Source: Tubulanus polymorphus (taxonomy: Eukaryota > Animalia > Nemertea). From it: a stretch of DNA of 64,000 bases. The position numbers and the translations under genes are program-made. Position 1 is the first letter of the stretch. Each line of letters opens with the position of its first letter. The notes beneath the pieces are model-generated. The model did not search any database and was not told the origin of the DNA. It was given only the letters and a program-made list of their open reading frames with translations. Positions 1 to 12,389 of this stretch are shown here, one piece after another. The DNA is taken from NCBI RefSeq assembly GCF_964204645.1, contig NC_134030.1, positions 3,390,778-3,454,777 on the forward strand, written 5' to 3'.

Positions 1-81
1 CGTGTACGACAACCAACCTTCGTTCAATTCCACTTCTTGCATCATCGCGATTTTCATGAAAAACTGCGGACACTTATCGGG
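1..81 (-). repeat. Exact inverted copy of TUT1 terminal-exon sequence 2059-2139 (may extend beyond the window edge)
   Basis: The reverse complement of 1-81 matches 2059-2139 base for base. Confidence 0.95.
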
Positions 82-500
82 TCTGGAAAATTTGAAATTT
101 CAGTGCATTTTCTAGGCATTTAGGGGACGTAATAAGAAGAATATAGCTAAATCTTACGCTGCATACTGCTGTCTTATTAGTTATGGGTGGAAAAGTGCCT
201 TGGAAAATTTTGCCATTATATCTTCAAAAGGGCACAATGAAAATTGTGAAGGCAGCACGTGCGCCTTGAGGTCCTGTCCGAATCAACCTCTCGATGTCTT
301 TTCGAAAAGTTATTGGTGGAGAATATAATTTGAACATCAGGGAAATCGACATATCAAAAACATTGTCCCCAATATCCGAAGATTGTAGACTTTCGTGTTT
401 GACTGCATTGTAAAACATCCAGTTAAATGTTTCGGTTTATGTGTTATTCTTCAATTCAGTGCTATTTTTACTCAAACGAATGAATCGGTGATATTTTTAG

Positions 501-2868
501 ATGATGACATTCTAGAAATTGACGGTTGGGATTGTTCGTTTACTTCGAATGTAGACAATATACTGCCATCAGGAAATACTATGTCATTAGGTAAGAAAGC
601 TGTCGGTTAACTATCCAGGTCTCAGTCTCTGAAGAGCTTACTATTCACATTTGGTATCCCAAACTAGCTATACCAGCGTTTAACATTCCGAAACACCAGC
701 TATTGCCACTAGATGGCGCGACGAGCACTCAGTCTTCTGTCAAAATCAGTTCATTATCGATAAACTTCGAACTGAATTTTAAGACTACCGAATCCATGCA
801 TTATCACAGGACCAAATATATATCAAATTCATTTTTCTTCCCACTGAATGATAGGTACAGTTTTCATTAAGAGAAATAAGAAAAGTTAATTCAATTTTTA
901 ACTAACATATGTGAGAAAATGGACATGGAAGACCAAGTAACTACCAACAAGCCTCGCTTGCCATAAGTGGAATCCTTGATTGTCCCAATTGCATTGGCAG
1001 TATCCTATCCTGTTGCGAATTTCTTGTTCGAAAATAACTGATCTATTTTTTTTTTGTTTTGTAGAGGAATTATTGATCGGTTTTTTCAAGTTCTACAGTG
1101 AGTTTGATTTTCATAATTTCCTTATTTGTCCACGAGATGGATTAATGATTCCAGTCAGTAAAATACCACATCAACTGCCGTCACGAGCCGCTCAGAATTT
1201 CAAAGTAAGTATTTGTTATTCATTTCATTTTCTGTCAGTGGGAATATATGATTCGAAATAGATTCATTTCTGTGAATAGAATCTACATCGAATTGTACAG
1301 AATCTAAGGGTAATAGAACGATTGAAGCTTAGATATATGACCAGTCTAAGCTCATTTTGGTTTGATTACCAATCCAACGATTAAGACTGGTCAAAGGTTT
1401 AGTTCTTTAGCAAAGTTAACAACCAGGACCCAGTTCCACAGTTCTGTGTTACGATTTAACTCAAGAGTTAACAAATTGAAAATTAACTAATTTTAACTCA
1501 GAGTTAATCCTAACTCACAACTGTGGAACTAGGTCCTGAAGACAAGTTGGTTATAGAACAATTCTACAACCAATCTAAAAGCTAAAGACAAGTCTAAACT
1601 CATTTTAGTTCTATAGCCGATCTAACAACTGAAAATTATACTTAAAAAACTTAAGACCATTTGGTCATGTTTGGGTCCTGAGTTTTGTTTATACTTTCAG
1701 CTATCAAATTAGAAATATTCCATCATATTTTCTGATAATCACTGAATATTTGCGTTTAGTGACTGTTGTTTATAATTATTATTTGTAGGTCGGACCGATC
1801 AATATTCAGGATCCGTTCGCTCTCGATCACAACACGGCTCAAAACGTGAACGATCGAATGAGGAACCTCGTCTATCATCACTGCACGACCGCGCATAAAG
1901 ACTGTCTCAGCGCCGAATTCCAGAAACCGGTCGTGAATGGTGACAAACTGTGGGGTCTGCGACTTCTATTCGTCGAGAGCGAACCCCTCACCGAGGTACA
2001 CAAACCTCAACAGACGCACGGTAAATCGAACGAACACGCGTTCAATATCGCGATGATGCCCGATAAGTGTCCGCAGTTTTTCATGAAAATCGCGATGATG
2101 CAAGAAGTGGAATTGAACGAAGGTTGGTTGTCGTACACGACGGTCGCCATTAAACTATTACTCGAAAAAGTGTTCATGATAAAGTGTCGCACGTTGCGTT
2201 GTGAAACATCGCCCGATATCCCCGTCGAAATAGACATCAAAATCGATAATCCGGTTACCGATAAAACATCTAGTGGCACCGCAGCGGCGCGTAAAACAGC
2301 TGCGGGAGCTACCAAACGGGTAGCTGATGATTCAGATGCGCAAATAGCGAAAAAAGCGAAAATTGATGACGCAGCAGACTGTTCTGGTAGCGCGAGTTCT
2401 TCCGAAACGACGGCAGCGCAGGAAATATCAGAAGCTCCTCACAACTCATCGGCCGGTCCGTACGAAGATGGCGAGATCATTCCTTACGCGGAGTTGATGG
2501 AACCCGAGTTCGACGATCTAACGCCCGCCGAGGAATCTCAATGGACGGCGCGCAAAGACGCGCAGATGGCGCTTCAGTGTCGTTTGTCGCATAGAATTTG
2601 GCAAGATCGTAAAAATTCGGCGAGACGCATCAATCGTAAACAATACGATCCGCTGTCGCTAGAGGCAAAAATCACGAAATTAATCCGTGAAAGCGGTGAA
2701 TGTGAATTACGACAGTGTATGCAGTTTATAGTGGAAATCAGTTATAATATTGACCCGTGTAGCGTGCTCGTTGTATTCCGTTTAGAAACACCCGAATGCA
2801 AGGGAGATTTCAACACGTTTCAGGCGTTTATGAAGCAAATGATTCCTAAACTTCTCACTCTCATGTAA
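501..2868 (+). CDS. TUT1: Terminal uridylyltransferase 1 / Star-PAP, last three coding exons (501-590, 1065-1204, 1789-2868); the 5' part lies outside the window
   Basis: GT-AG exons join in frame to give ...EIDGWDCSF...EELLIGFFKFYSEFDF...INIQDPFALDHN (PAP-associated domain). The C-terminal CRLSHRIWQDRK resembles the HRVWQGRRR segment of vertebrate TUT1. Confidence 0.85.
1426..1536. mobile_element. MITE-like element, family A (TIR GGACCCAGTTCCACAG...CTGTGGAACTAGGTCC)
   Basis: Terminal inverted repeats are visible. Related copies or halves lie at about 6101-6196, 22367-22476 (flanked by CTG on both sides), 25177, 32490, 38511-38702, 45140-45183 and 54190-54300. The CWG flanks suggest PIF/Harbinger origin (inference). 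Confidence 0.75.
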
Positions 2869-3103
2869 AAAAAAGTGAAATATCGCTGTAAATAGAAACC
2901 AACCTCGCTTAATGACTGTAGCTGTGACTAATCTCGGACAACGATTAAATTGTTTGTTGATTTGATATAAAATCTAGCACTCTGAATGAAAAGTAGAGTC
3001 CGATAGTCCTATAGGAATAACGGATACTGAGTACTGAGATACTTAAGTATTCCTGACGATGACTATAAGGATAATTTCAAAATGTTGAATAAACCACTAC
3101 CAA

Positions 3104-3198
<95 letters not shown>
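3104..3198 (+). repeat. (CTA)n microsatellite
   Basis: Direct trinucleotide run; it explains the poly-Leu ORF 3082-3294. Confidence 0.98.
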
Positions 3199-4109
3199 GC
3201 TCATGGAAACATTTCTCTGTCTCTCATTCTTAGTGTGCAGGGATTTTATATCATCTTTCAACACCAAGAGTGTTTCATCAAAGGTTATTTCTGATTTCCT
3301 CTAGTCTTATTTGTTCTGATATTTTGTTCAGATTCTACTTGATTTACACGGTTTCTTTCCATTCCAGTTTGTATGAATTAGGCGAGGTTTTCTACTTCAC
3401 TGAAATTTTACGCTAGTACATTTTGTAATGCTGCTTCTTGTTTAGAGCAAAACAGGAATTTTTTTAGGGTTTATGTTTTTGTCTTAATTACTGATTTACG
3501 AAATAATTAGGTAGAACTTTATTAGAAATAGTGAAAGAATTGTTATAAACTGAATGGATATTTTCACAACCACATATTTCTCGATTGATATTACACAGGT
3601 AAAATTCTACTTCGGCAATGTACTTACAATCAACATATTCAATATAATGCTGATTCTTGATGTATCTTGCAAATTTGTTCAAGTTTTTTTTTTGTGAGAA
3701 ATAAAGGAGATGTATTTGATAATTGATGTGATCATTGTCATTCATGTTTATATTTGAATTGAACAGCAGTGAGGAGGGGATCATTTACAAACTTTTCGAC
3801 GAGAGATTTCATCTTTAGCGTTATTGCTTTAGAACGTGAACTAAAGATGAACGACCAATTCTCAACTAAATTGTTGTTTGTTTGTTTTTTCTCTCCTTCA
3901 ATCTCTGTGTATATAGCCGGTCATACGCTTTCTGTGAAATCAATTTGAACTTGAACTTGAGAACCGTTATGATACTGTGACCTTTAGATTCAACTCACTC
4001 AAATGTAGAACATGTTTAGTAACATCATATTTAGTTAGTACATCATATAAAAATTATAAGTCTATTCTGATAGTTATCTTGATTAAATGAAACATACTAA
4101 TTGTCTTTT

Positions 4110-7100
4110 TTACAAAAATTCATTATGATTTCGCAAATTTTCGTCGCGTGGAATGAAATAGCAGAGAATATCCTGGTTGGGATGAGTAACGAACCCGTAC
4201 TCCGGTCGGATATCGTCAGCGTTTTCCGACAACTCGAGTTTGAATGTACGTAGAATCACAGTCAGAAATGTGATCATATTCGCCATCGCTAAACGATAAC
4301 CGGGACACATTCGTTTTCCGAAACCGAACGGAGAAAATGATAACTTCGGACGTTTGGCTGATAATGCGGGGCAGAATCGCGTCGGGTCGTATCTGAATTT
4401 GATGGAAAAACAATAACGTTAGAATGATATAGGCTTTTCAAAATGATAGGGTATTTGTTCAAATGGGTTCGTTGAAGTCTGCAGAAGAGTGCAGAGTCAG
4501 TAACTTTAAAGGTATCTTCTAAATGTTTCTGCGATACAAGCTACTGTACACGTCAAAGACGAGTCCCTTTGGTATTATTAGTGAATAGTTCTCAGCCACA
4601 CCTGACAAGTCATCACTACTAAGTGGCACCACACGTGTCGTAAGAAAAGGCACTGATATCAAGGTCCAGTGGCTAGAATTATTCGAGGCAAGGTTTAGCT
4701 TCACCTCGACTGGGATTGAAATTTTTGCCCACGTTTGCCTTTTGGTCGACTGTGACACATTTTACTTGTAACTTCATAACACTGATAGAATATGGATACT
4801 TAGATTTTTAATACAATACTCACTCATCTGGCGAGGGCCAAACATCTCCATGTTTGAACGACGAGCCAAGCGCATAGAACAATGGTGTCTACAAAAAATG
4901 TTTCGAAAACAATTTTTTTTCATTTCTTGAAATTATAGAGCTAAGCGGCCACGAAGTACCATTTAGCGTCATTACCATTTTTGGCGGCCTATTCAATAGG
5001 TATTTGTCAGTTAAGGAGGTATGTGCGAAATTTAAAATGTGATTAGCCACATGCCTTGGTAAAGAGATAAGTCTTGAAAGAAGTTTCAAAACAATTTAAG
5101 TTTCATTGCATTTAAAATCATTAGGCAAGGCGATCTAAAGTCTAGGACCACAGAGAATCCCACGCTGATACAACGAGAAAGATGGTGTCCGAAAAGTTTC
5201 ATTTAAGCTAATAATTCATTGATTCGACGTTTCGACTGCAACCTAATAGTCATCTATTTGAAATGTTGAATTAATAAATAATTAGCTTATAGGAAACTTT
5301 TCGGACTTAATAGTTCTCGTTATATCAGTGTGGGATTCTCTATACGTTGTCACAACACGGACAATGCGTTGCATTGCTTATCCTAGGAACACATACTATG
5401 TAAAAGATCTAAAACCGAACATGAAAATAACAATGATTGATACAAGAAGATTCTAGTTGATGTCTAGGGACAGAGCTTGATTAGAAATCGACCGGTTTAC
5501 TTCAATATCCTCAATAGACAAACAAGAATTACGAACGGAAACAAATAATTCACCTTTTCAGGAATACTGTAACCTCCTAGCGTGTTCTTAGCATTATACC
5601 GACCACAAAATGGTACAACACATGCGCACCTGAGTGTCTCTTCAACTATCCACTTTATATAACTGAAAAACATTTCATTACGTTTCAAGTTCATCGTAGA
5701 AATCAATATGTAATATTCAGAGGCTAACGTCAATTAGTAATGAATGTTTATAAAACGCTTACAATGCGAAAAGGCCTCAGAAAAACATTTATGATTGGTC
5801 AAATTGACAACTCACAGCTTTTTAGATTATACGTATTAAAAGATGAAATAGGTGATCGAAGCTTGATACCTGAGACTATCGATATTATGTGGAGTAACTG
5901 GGTCTTGTTGAATGTTGTCTATAATTGAGTTGTACGCTTTTCCTTGAATTTCTGGATACTTTGCGAGGTAAAACAAACTAAATGCAATCGCTAGAAAAAG
6001 AGAGAGAAATAGATAAAAAGTCGTGTTGAACTCGGAGTGGTGAGCAACGGAAATACTACTTGATAAACTGGGCTCCGTCACTGCTACCATTTATGTTCCA
6101 GAATCCAGTTCCACAGTTCTGAGATCTTAATCGCAGTAAACTCTAATGAACTGATTTCGATGTTCCGAGTTGATTCATCACTGTAGAACTGGATCTAGAG
6201 ACGACAAACCAGATGTATACATATGATCGTCAGTGATTCATTAGCAACACCCGGTTTTACAGAACTGACAGGAGATGATATATTTCTGAATTCTATATTG
6301 AGATTCTTACTATTTGAGGAAGTTGATATACTGGAAATGAGGAAATTCAAAGCTTCGTCGTAAACTGTTTCCGTTTTAGAGCACGTGACTATTAACTGAT
6401 CAATCAGCAGTCGTCTATGGTCCCGATGGTGATCACATGATGACGATGATGATGATGACGATAATGACGTATTGTGATGCGATGATGTGCGGTGAACTAC
6501 GATACTATCAACGATTTTCCGTAGTTTTTTACAAGCTGAAAATAAACATTTAACCTATATAATTGTGGGTAACTTTATATAGGGTATCTCTGGACCCAGT
6601 TCCACAGTTGTGTGGGTTTAATTTGTATCTGGATCCACTTCCACAGTTGTGTGGGTTTGATGTGTATCTGCATCCACTTCCACAGTTGTGTGGGCTTAAG
6701 TTGACTTTTTGACCCACTACCATACAGTTAAGGGTTTCATCGACTTACAGATGTGTGGAATCAATTTGACTTAAGGCCCGCTTTCATAGTTAAGGGTTCC
6801 ATTGGTTTTAGATCCATGTTTAATTGGTAATGACGCTATAAATTCTGCCGTTTTAGAAATCGAGCAAATTCTCGTAATTCTCGGCCTGCCCGAAAAACTT
6901 ATGTACAAAATACCGCAATTGGGATCAAAGTTACGTTGTTATTCGCCAACGTCTAGAATTCAGTAATTTTTGCTGCCGCTGTTCTCATTTTCACTTCGTC
7001 AAGTATCAACCCTCAGAGATTACGCTCGGTATGAATACATTTGACGTTAGGATTTATCCAGGTTTTTACAGTCCCTCAGCTGCAGTGATTAATACCTAGT

Positions 7101-10100
7101 TGAAAGTTTTGATAATGTAGACTTTCCGGCGGAGGCATCAAGGACGGATGTTGCATCCAAATCTGAATGTCTTCAAATATCTAAAAAGAAATATGTATAT
7201 ACGATCTACACAATTCATACCCCCTGAGGTCGCATGCAAGGATACGATACGAATTCAGAAAAGAAATTCTTTACTGAAATAAAATCTCAGGTTGCGTTTT
7301 TTGTCTGAATATTTTGTAATTTCATCCATCCATCCATTTTCTTTATAAAACTTTCAAAACGCCAAGAAAAAATCAAAATGAAATAGAACATCTTTCTTAA
7401 AAGTTTGCCATACCTTTTTGTAGGTCTCGTTAAAATCGTGAATTTGCTCGTCGGATAGAAAATCAGCGCCGAAAAGCGCCATGGACATCGTCTTGAATAC
7501 CGTCGGGTTAATAATCGACGTCACAGACACTGGCCGACCAGCGCTGCCAATCAGCGATCGCGCAGCTTCAGCGACATTCTAGGAAATAAATCAGTCTGAC
7601 CAATCAAATAAATCAAGGACTCTTTATAAATTAAAATTAAAATTCGTTTTGGAGTCCATCGTTAAATCCTTCATCATATTCCATTCATATTTCGAGAATA
7701 TGTGAAAAATTGATAAATCTATTTAGAAATTAAGCGAAGGAAATTCCTTAATCGTGTTTACATAATATTTCAGATGATGTGAAAAATTGTGTTTGCTTGT
7801 CTTCAAAGTTGGTTAACGTCAATGGTGACGAGTGGCACTTGATACTCTCAAACTTATATATACTCAGAGTGCACACTGAGTGCAAATAGATTCCTGGTTT
7901 GAAATGATTACGGAGTATAATATTATGCAGTAGACTAGACTATATGAATACTTATTACGAATTTAAATAATTCGATCAAGTTTAAGTAGATAATTCAGAA
8001 ATTTGAGAAATTAAAATTCTAAATTCAAACATAACACATTGGATTTCTATTCCACAGAGTGTCTCATAGCTCCATCGCTACAAGTTTTAATTGATTCAGA
8101 ATTAGAATTTGTCAAACTATCTAAACCCTCTGTTTCGTACCAGGCAAATGTGATGGGTTTGTAAGTGACACCCCAACAAATAAGAAATTAACATAACTAT
8201 GGGATGAGAGCCAAAAACTGTTAATATGAAAAATCTCAATTCCAGTGGGGGCCGTGTTAAATAACCTGGATTCAAATCAGGTACTGTAAAGGTTAACTTA
8301 TTTCATTAAGAATACAAGCTTTCTCTGATGCACAGAAGCTTCTTCCTCGGGCAAATGGGCATAATTTACCTGATAAAAGTTACTATGCACCTAAGCTTTA
8401 TTTCTGATAAAATGAAGTTAATTCGCGAAGTACATACCAGCCTTTTACGTCAATTTTCATTGTCTGTAATTTGTATAATGATGTATCTTGTAACTGGCTT
8501 TTGCTCTTCGCAAATTTGTAAATTTTGTGAGCGATAAATCTATCTATCTATCTACGTTTGTGAAACATTTAAATTATCAATACCTTATTGATTATATATA
8601 GACTGTTGTTGACAGATTCCTGGTTGAAACAGCGATCATAGGCCGCTCTTCTCCTCTGCGCTTCAATTCCATTTACATTTACTAACATATTACGTCCGAA
8701 TAATATTTCCATAAATCCGTAAATTTCTCCTGAAATCATATATAACAGTTTGTATCAAAGACTTCTACATTTGTTCTTTTATCTTTAAGTAATACTGCAA
8801 AAATGACGTCTTCGTGTATTTCGATTAGGATTTTCAAGGTAGAATGTGTGTATCTATTTTAGAATTAGTAAGGAAATGAAACGTGACGTAAGCATGCTAA
8901 TGTATTAGTTCAGGGTTGAATGCGCTACTACAGTACGTGACTGCGAGCATCAGTAAGCGATTATCCATTACCAATGTGTGAATTTGCAAGAATAGCAATA
9001 ATCGAATAAATGTCGGAGGCCGGGGGCCGGGTCCAGGCAGCTGAGCAGATTGTCCGGGATCGAGCGCATGAAACGACAAGAATCAAGAGAATGGCACTCA
9101 CGTGGTCTATCGTAACCGGGTATTTGTTCCTGAAACAGGTCAGACGATGCTATGCTACACACAAGCTTTTCTCCGAACCAAAACGAAAATATCGCTCCGA
9201 ACTTTTTATGATTCGATAAGAGAAATTCGTGTATACTTCCAGCGTTTTGTATATCTGGTAAATTTCCGTATCTGAAAGCATACACTAACATGAAAGCACA
9301 TATTAATACTGAAATATCGATGTAACGGATTCAAAGGAGAATTTCAGTTGTAAAACCGCTGAGACTTTGGTAGAATTTTAACCGCTTTGCGATGAGGTGA
9401 AATTCCAATTTTCGCAAAAGTAAAAAAACGAAATTACAGAACGCGTTCTCTAACGAGAGACCAAAAAATCACCGGGCCTTTTAGATTTTTTTTATTTTAG
9501 TTTATTCTACTTTTTGGACTTTAAAAGTTTTAAATAGTGGGTTTTATTTATATGTATAGCCGCTGATACTGCTGGCACAGAGGGGGATGCTGACTTACTT
9601 CTTGTGAGATGGTTTCAGACCTGGAGGTAATCGATGGCGTTTCCAGAGCTAAAAATAATACAAATATCGGAAGCATTTCAGAATTATGCAAAAAAACCGG
9701 CGTGCGTCATTCAACGTGATTTTTATATCGTCGTGAACCAGTTCGCGGACGAAGGTGAAGTCGACATTATCAAAAAGTACACAACCAGATTTTGCTATAA
9801 AAAGAACAGCGTTCGGCGCTCGAGGTGATTAGTTAAGTGAACTAGATTCGGGACATGAATAATAAATCTGCCGTGATCTGGTTTCGCGATAGCGAGCCGG
9901 TAATTGACGATGACAAACACGCAGACAGACGCCCGGAGCAACGAACGTCATTTAATAACGACGACTATATTCAGGTTTGTCAGCTTTATAATCGAGGTGC
10001 ATCAATACGAAAAGAAGCAACCGACAGATTTATAAAATTTCTGGAAATAATAATTTAGATCGCAAAATCTGTTTATAAAAGCGGTAAAGAAGATTTGATT

Positions 10101-12322
10101 CGTAGATAATTACTCGTAGCTGTGATTTCGTGATTTCAGCCATTTCATTCGCTGAAAACAATAACTAAGACCAAACCCCGAATTTCACGATGAACTACCG
10201 CAATGTTACACCAATGTTTGATTGCATCATATGCATGTCATTCTGTAGCTCATCGGGCGGAGCTGCAGCACAGTAGTTCGACTCCTACATGGAGAATATC
10301 ATCCGTGAAAGCTACGTGGTTATAAACACGAAAGTTTGGAGAGTCCGTGATTGAACGAGGTGTCTTGATTAATGAGGGATCACTCCTTTAAGGGTCGTGA
10401 ACGTGTATGACCTTGCTGATTTTGAGGTCAAGATGGTCGCCATTTGAAACTCTAGACTATAAAGCGTGTTGAATGTTTACTTTCTTTTATATTTGATTAA
10501 CGAGTACAGATAATCATTAAATAGTTTATACACGGAACACAGCACTGGTGACACTAATGACCAGTTCAAAATACACACAGTTGTATGAAATCATGTTGAT
10601 GAAATCTATCAAATCTATAGACTTACAGAAATCTTTTATTACGGTGTGACAAACAGCGAAATGAACGATTGTCTGAGAATTTTGTCTGTCTGGAACATGA
10701 CAAATAAAGATTAAATATCATATCATTGACTCAAAACTGACTTCACAAACCTGACTTGTTAAATATGGACTGAAATATGAATGAAATATGGATGAAATTA
10801 TTGAATAATCCGTAAATACGTTGGTTTAGAGGGAACTTTTTTGTCGATTGTTTTTTTTTCAGTAATCTCCAATGAGGACTGAATCGTCTATATTCAATGC
10901 TAAAATTTAATTTTCATTTGTTCATTTATCAAAATATGTATATTTCTTTTATCTATTACACAAGCTTTTCGAATGTGTAACCTACAAACATATGGGTTTA
11001 TCCATGACTTATATTAGTAGAAGAAGAACCAAACTCATAGGTGGAGAACAGATAATCCTGACGATAATCTCTAGCGTGAGATCGAAACGTCGTATCTTTT
11101 TGATCAATTTTCGATTCCGTATTTTAAGAATTCCAATCTGTTTATAGCAGGTTTTTATCTTATTATTTATGACTTGTATTTTGCCTGGAGCAGCAAGAGA
11201 TTTCATGTTATGTAAACCGTATAGAAAAAACATATGCATATAAGTTTATGAAAAAAAATCTAGTATATAAAAACGCCAGCCTAAGACTCATTGACGTCAG
11301 TAATAAGTAACACAACAAATATGTGATTTAAAGCATATTCCTATTTTAATTAAACGAATGGATCATACGTATAGAAAATTGCTCAAATCCATTGCGGCTG
11401 ATATAAATCCGTGTGACTTGACAATTATTCAGTATAGTTTTTCCATTTTAGACAAATGACAGATGTGTCAATTTGTGTCAATTGCACGCATTCTTAATCA
11501 AAACGCGTCACCTTTTTCCAAAGCAGCCTCTTTCAGGCTTATACGAGACATTAACTTAGTATGCATGTTAATCAATTTAAGTGCATATTTACAGGCAGGG
11601 CTGTATATATTCATATCCGCAATATGAAATTCTAATTAGATTTTCTATTGAATGTACCATCAGTTCGACAGTATAATATCGTTGTAGGTTCAACGATCGT
11701 CAATTTACGTAAACAACTGTTTAAGTGCAATTCAGTTTTTTTTCTTATCGATCGAATAACCTGACCCTTTGTTAATCATGATTATAATCTGTACATAATT
11801 ATATCACCTCTAAGCTCTGTACTCAAAATAAAATCGATGTTAAGCGGGGCCAGTTGCACAATCGTGACTTAATGTGGTCTTAAATCTTAAGACCGGTTGT
11901 TAGATTGGCTATAGAACTAAGTTGGTATTAGACTGGTCTTAAGTCTAAGCCATGACTATGCAACCGGCCCCAGCAGAGCTCAGTGTTCAGTCATGGCTTA
12001 AGTGGACTTAAAAATTGAAAACAATGTGTAATTTTTATATCAATACATCGACATCGCAATAAGAGGAATAGTGGGCGGAGGTCTACAATATGGTACGCGC
12101 AACATCGATTATGTCATTGTGAAAGAAAAAATTTGTGCCAGACATTTGAGTCAACTAACACATTTCGATTAGAGAGGAAATAATGAAAATTAACGACACA
12201 CTACAGCGATGATTGAAAAGGTGAATTTAACGAATATTATCTCTTACCTTTTGAATAGAAGTGTAGAGCAACGTGACAGCACCAACGATAGCCGCTAATA
12301 TCGAGATAAACAGATAAGCCAT
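4110..12322 (-). CDS. CYP20A1: Cytochrome P450 20A1-like, about 11 exons (12248-12322, ~9599-9648, ~9102-9271, ~8585-8729, ~7395-7578, ~7097-7180, ~6312-6536, ~5870-5990, ~5554-5662, ~4824-4887, 4110-~4392)
   Basis: N-terminal anchor exon MAYLFISILAAIVGAVTLLYTSIQK; GNLPDIQNAGSIHEFL...FSFWFG matches the CYP20A1 N-terminal region; K-helix EETLR; heme motif FSPFGFGKRMCPG; non-canonical I-helix as expected for CYP20. Confidence 0.88.
5151..5341. mobile_element. Foldback/inverted-repeat element in a CYP intron, with a central GTCGAAACGTCG motif on the minus strand
   Basis: Arms AGAGAATCCCACGCTGATA.AACGAGAA...TCCGAAAAGTTTC and GAAACTTTTCGGA...TTCTCGTTATATCAGTGTGGGATTCTCT are reverse complements of each other. 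Confidence 0.65.
6590..6800 (+). repeat. Tandem array of ~39-bp units derived from the family A MITE end
   Basis: Units CTGGACCCAGTTCCACAGTTGTGTGGGTTTAATTTGTAT repeated with decay. Confidence 0.8.
11846..11971. mobile_element. MITE, family B (GGGGCCAGTTGCAC...TGCAACCGGCCCC) with a 3-bp AGC duplication
   Basis: TIRs plus identical AGC on both flanks. The interior resembles decayed sequence at about 1338-1420 and 1585-1670. Confidence 0.7.
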
Positions 12323-12381
12323 TTAGATAATAACAGTAAACACAATATACTGTACAACGAACCAGAGAGCCGAGAGTGTCC

Positions 12382-12389
12382 TTTAAATA
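12382..12389 (-). promoter_or_regulatory. Candidate TATA-like box (TATTTAAA) of the CYP20A1-like gene
   Basis: Lies about 60 nt upstream of the ATG on the minus strand; supported by position only. Confidence 0.35.

Noticed and set aside
3082-3294. Poly-Leu ORF resembling a signal peptide or TM protein
   Set aside because: It is the translation of the (CTA)n microsatellite.
6312-6360. Missing AGxxT I-helix motif as a sign of a P450 pseudogene
   Set aside because: A non-canonical I-helix is normal for CYP20A1, and the ExxR and heme Cys motifs are intact.
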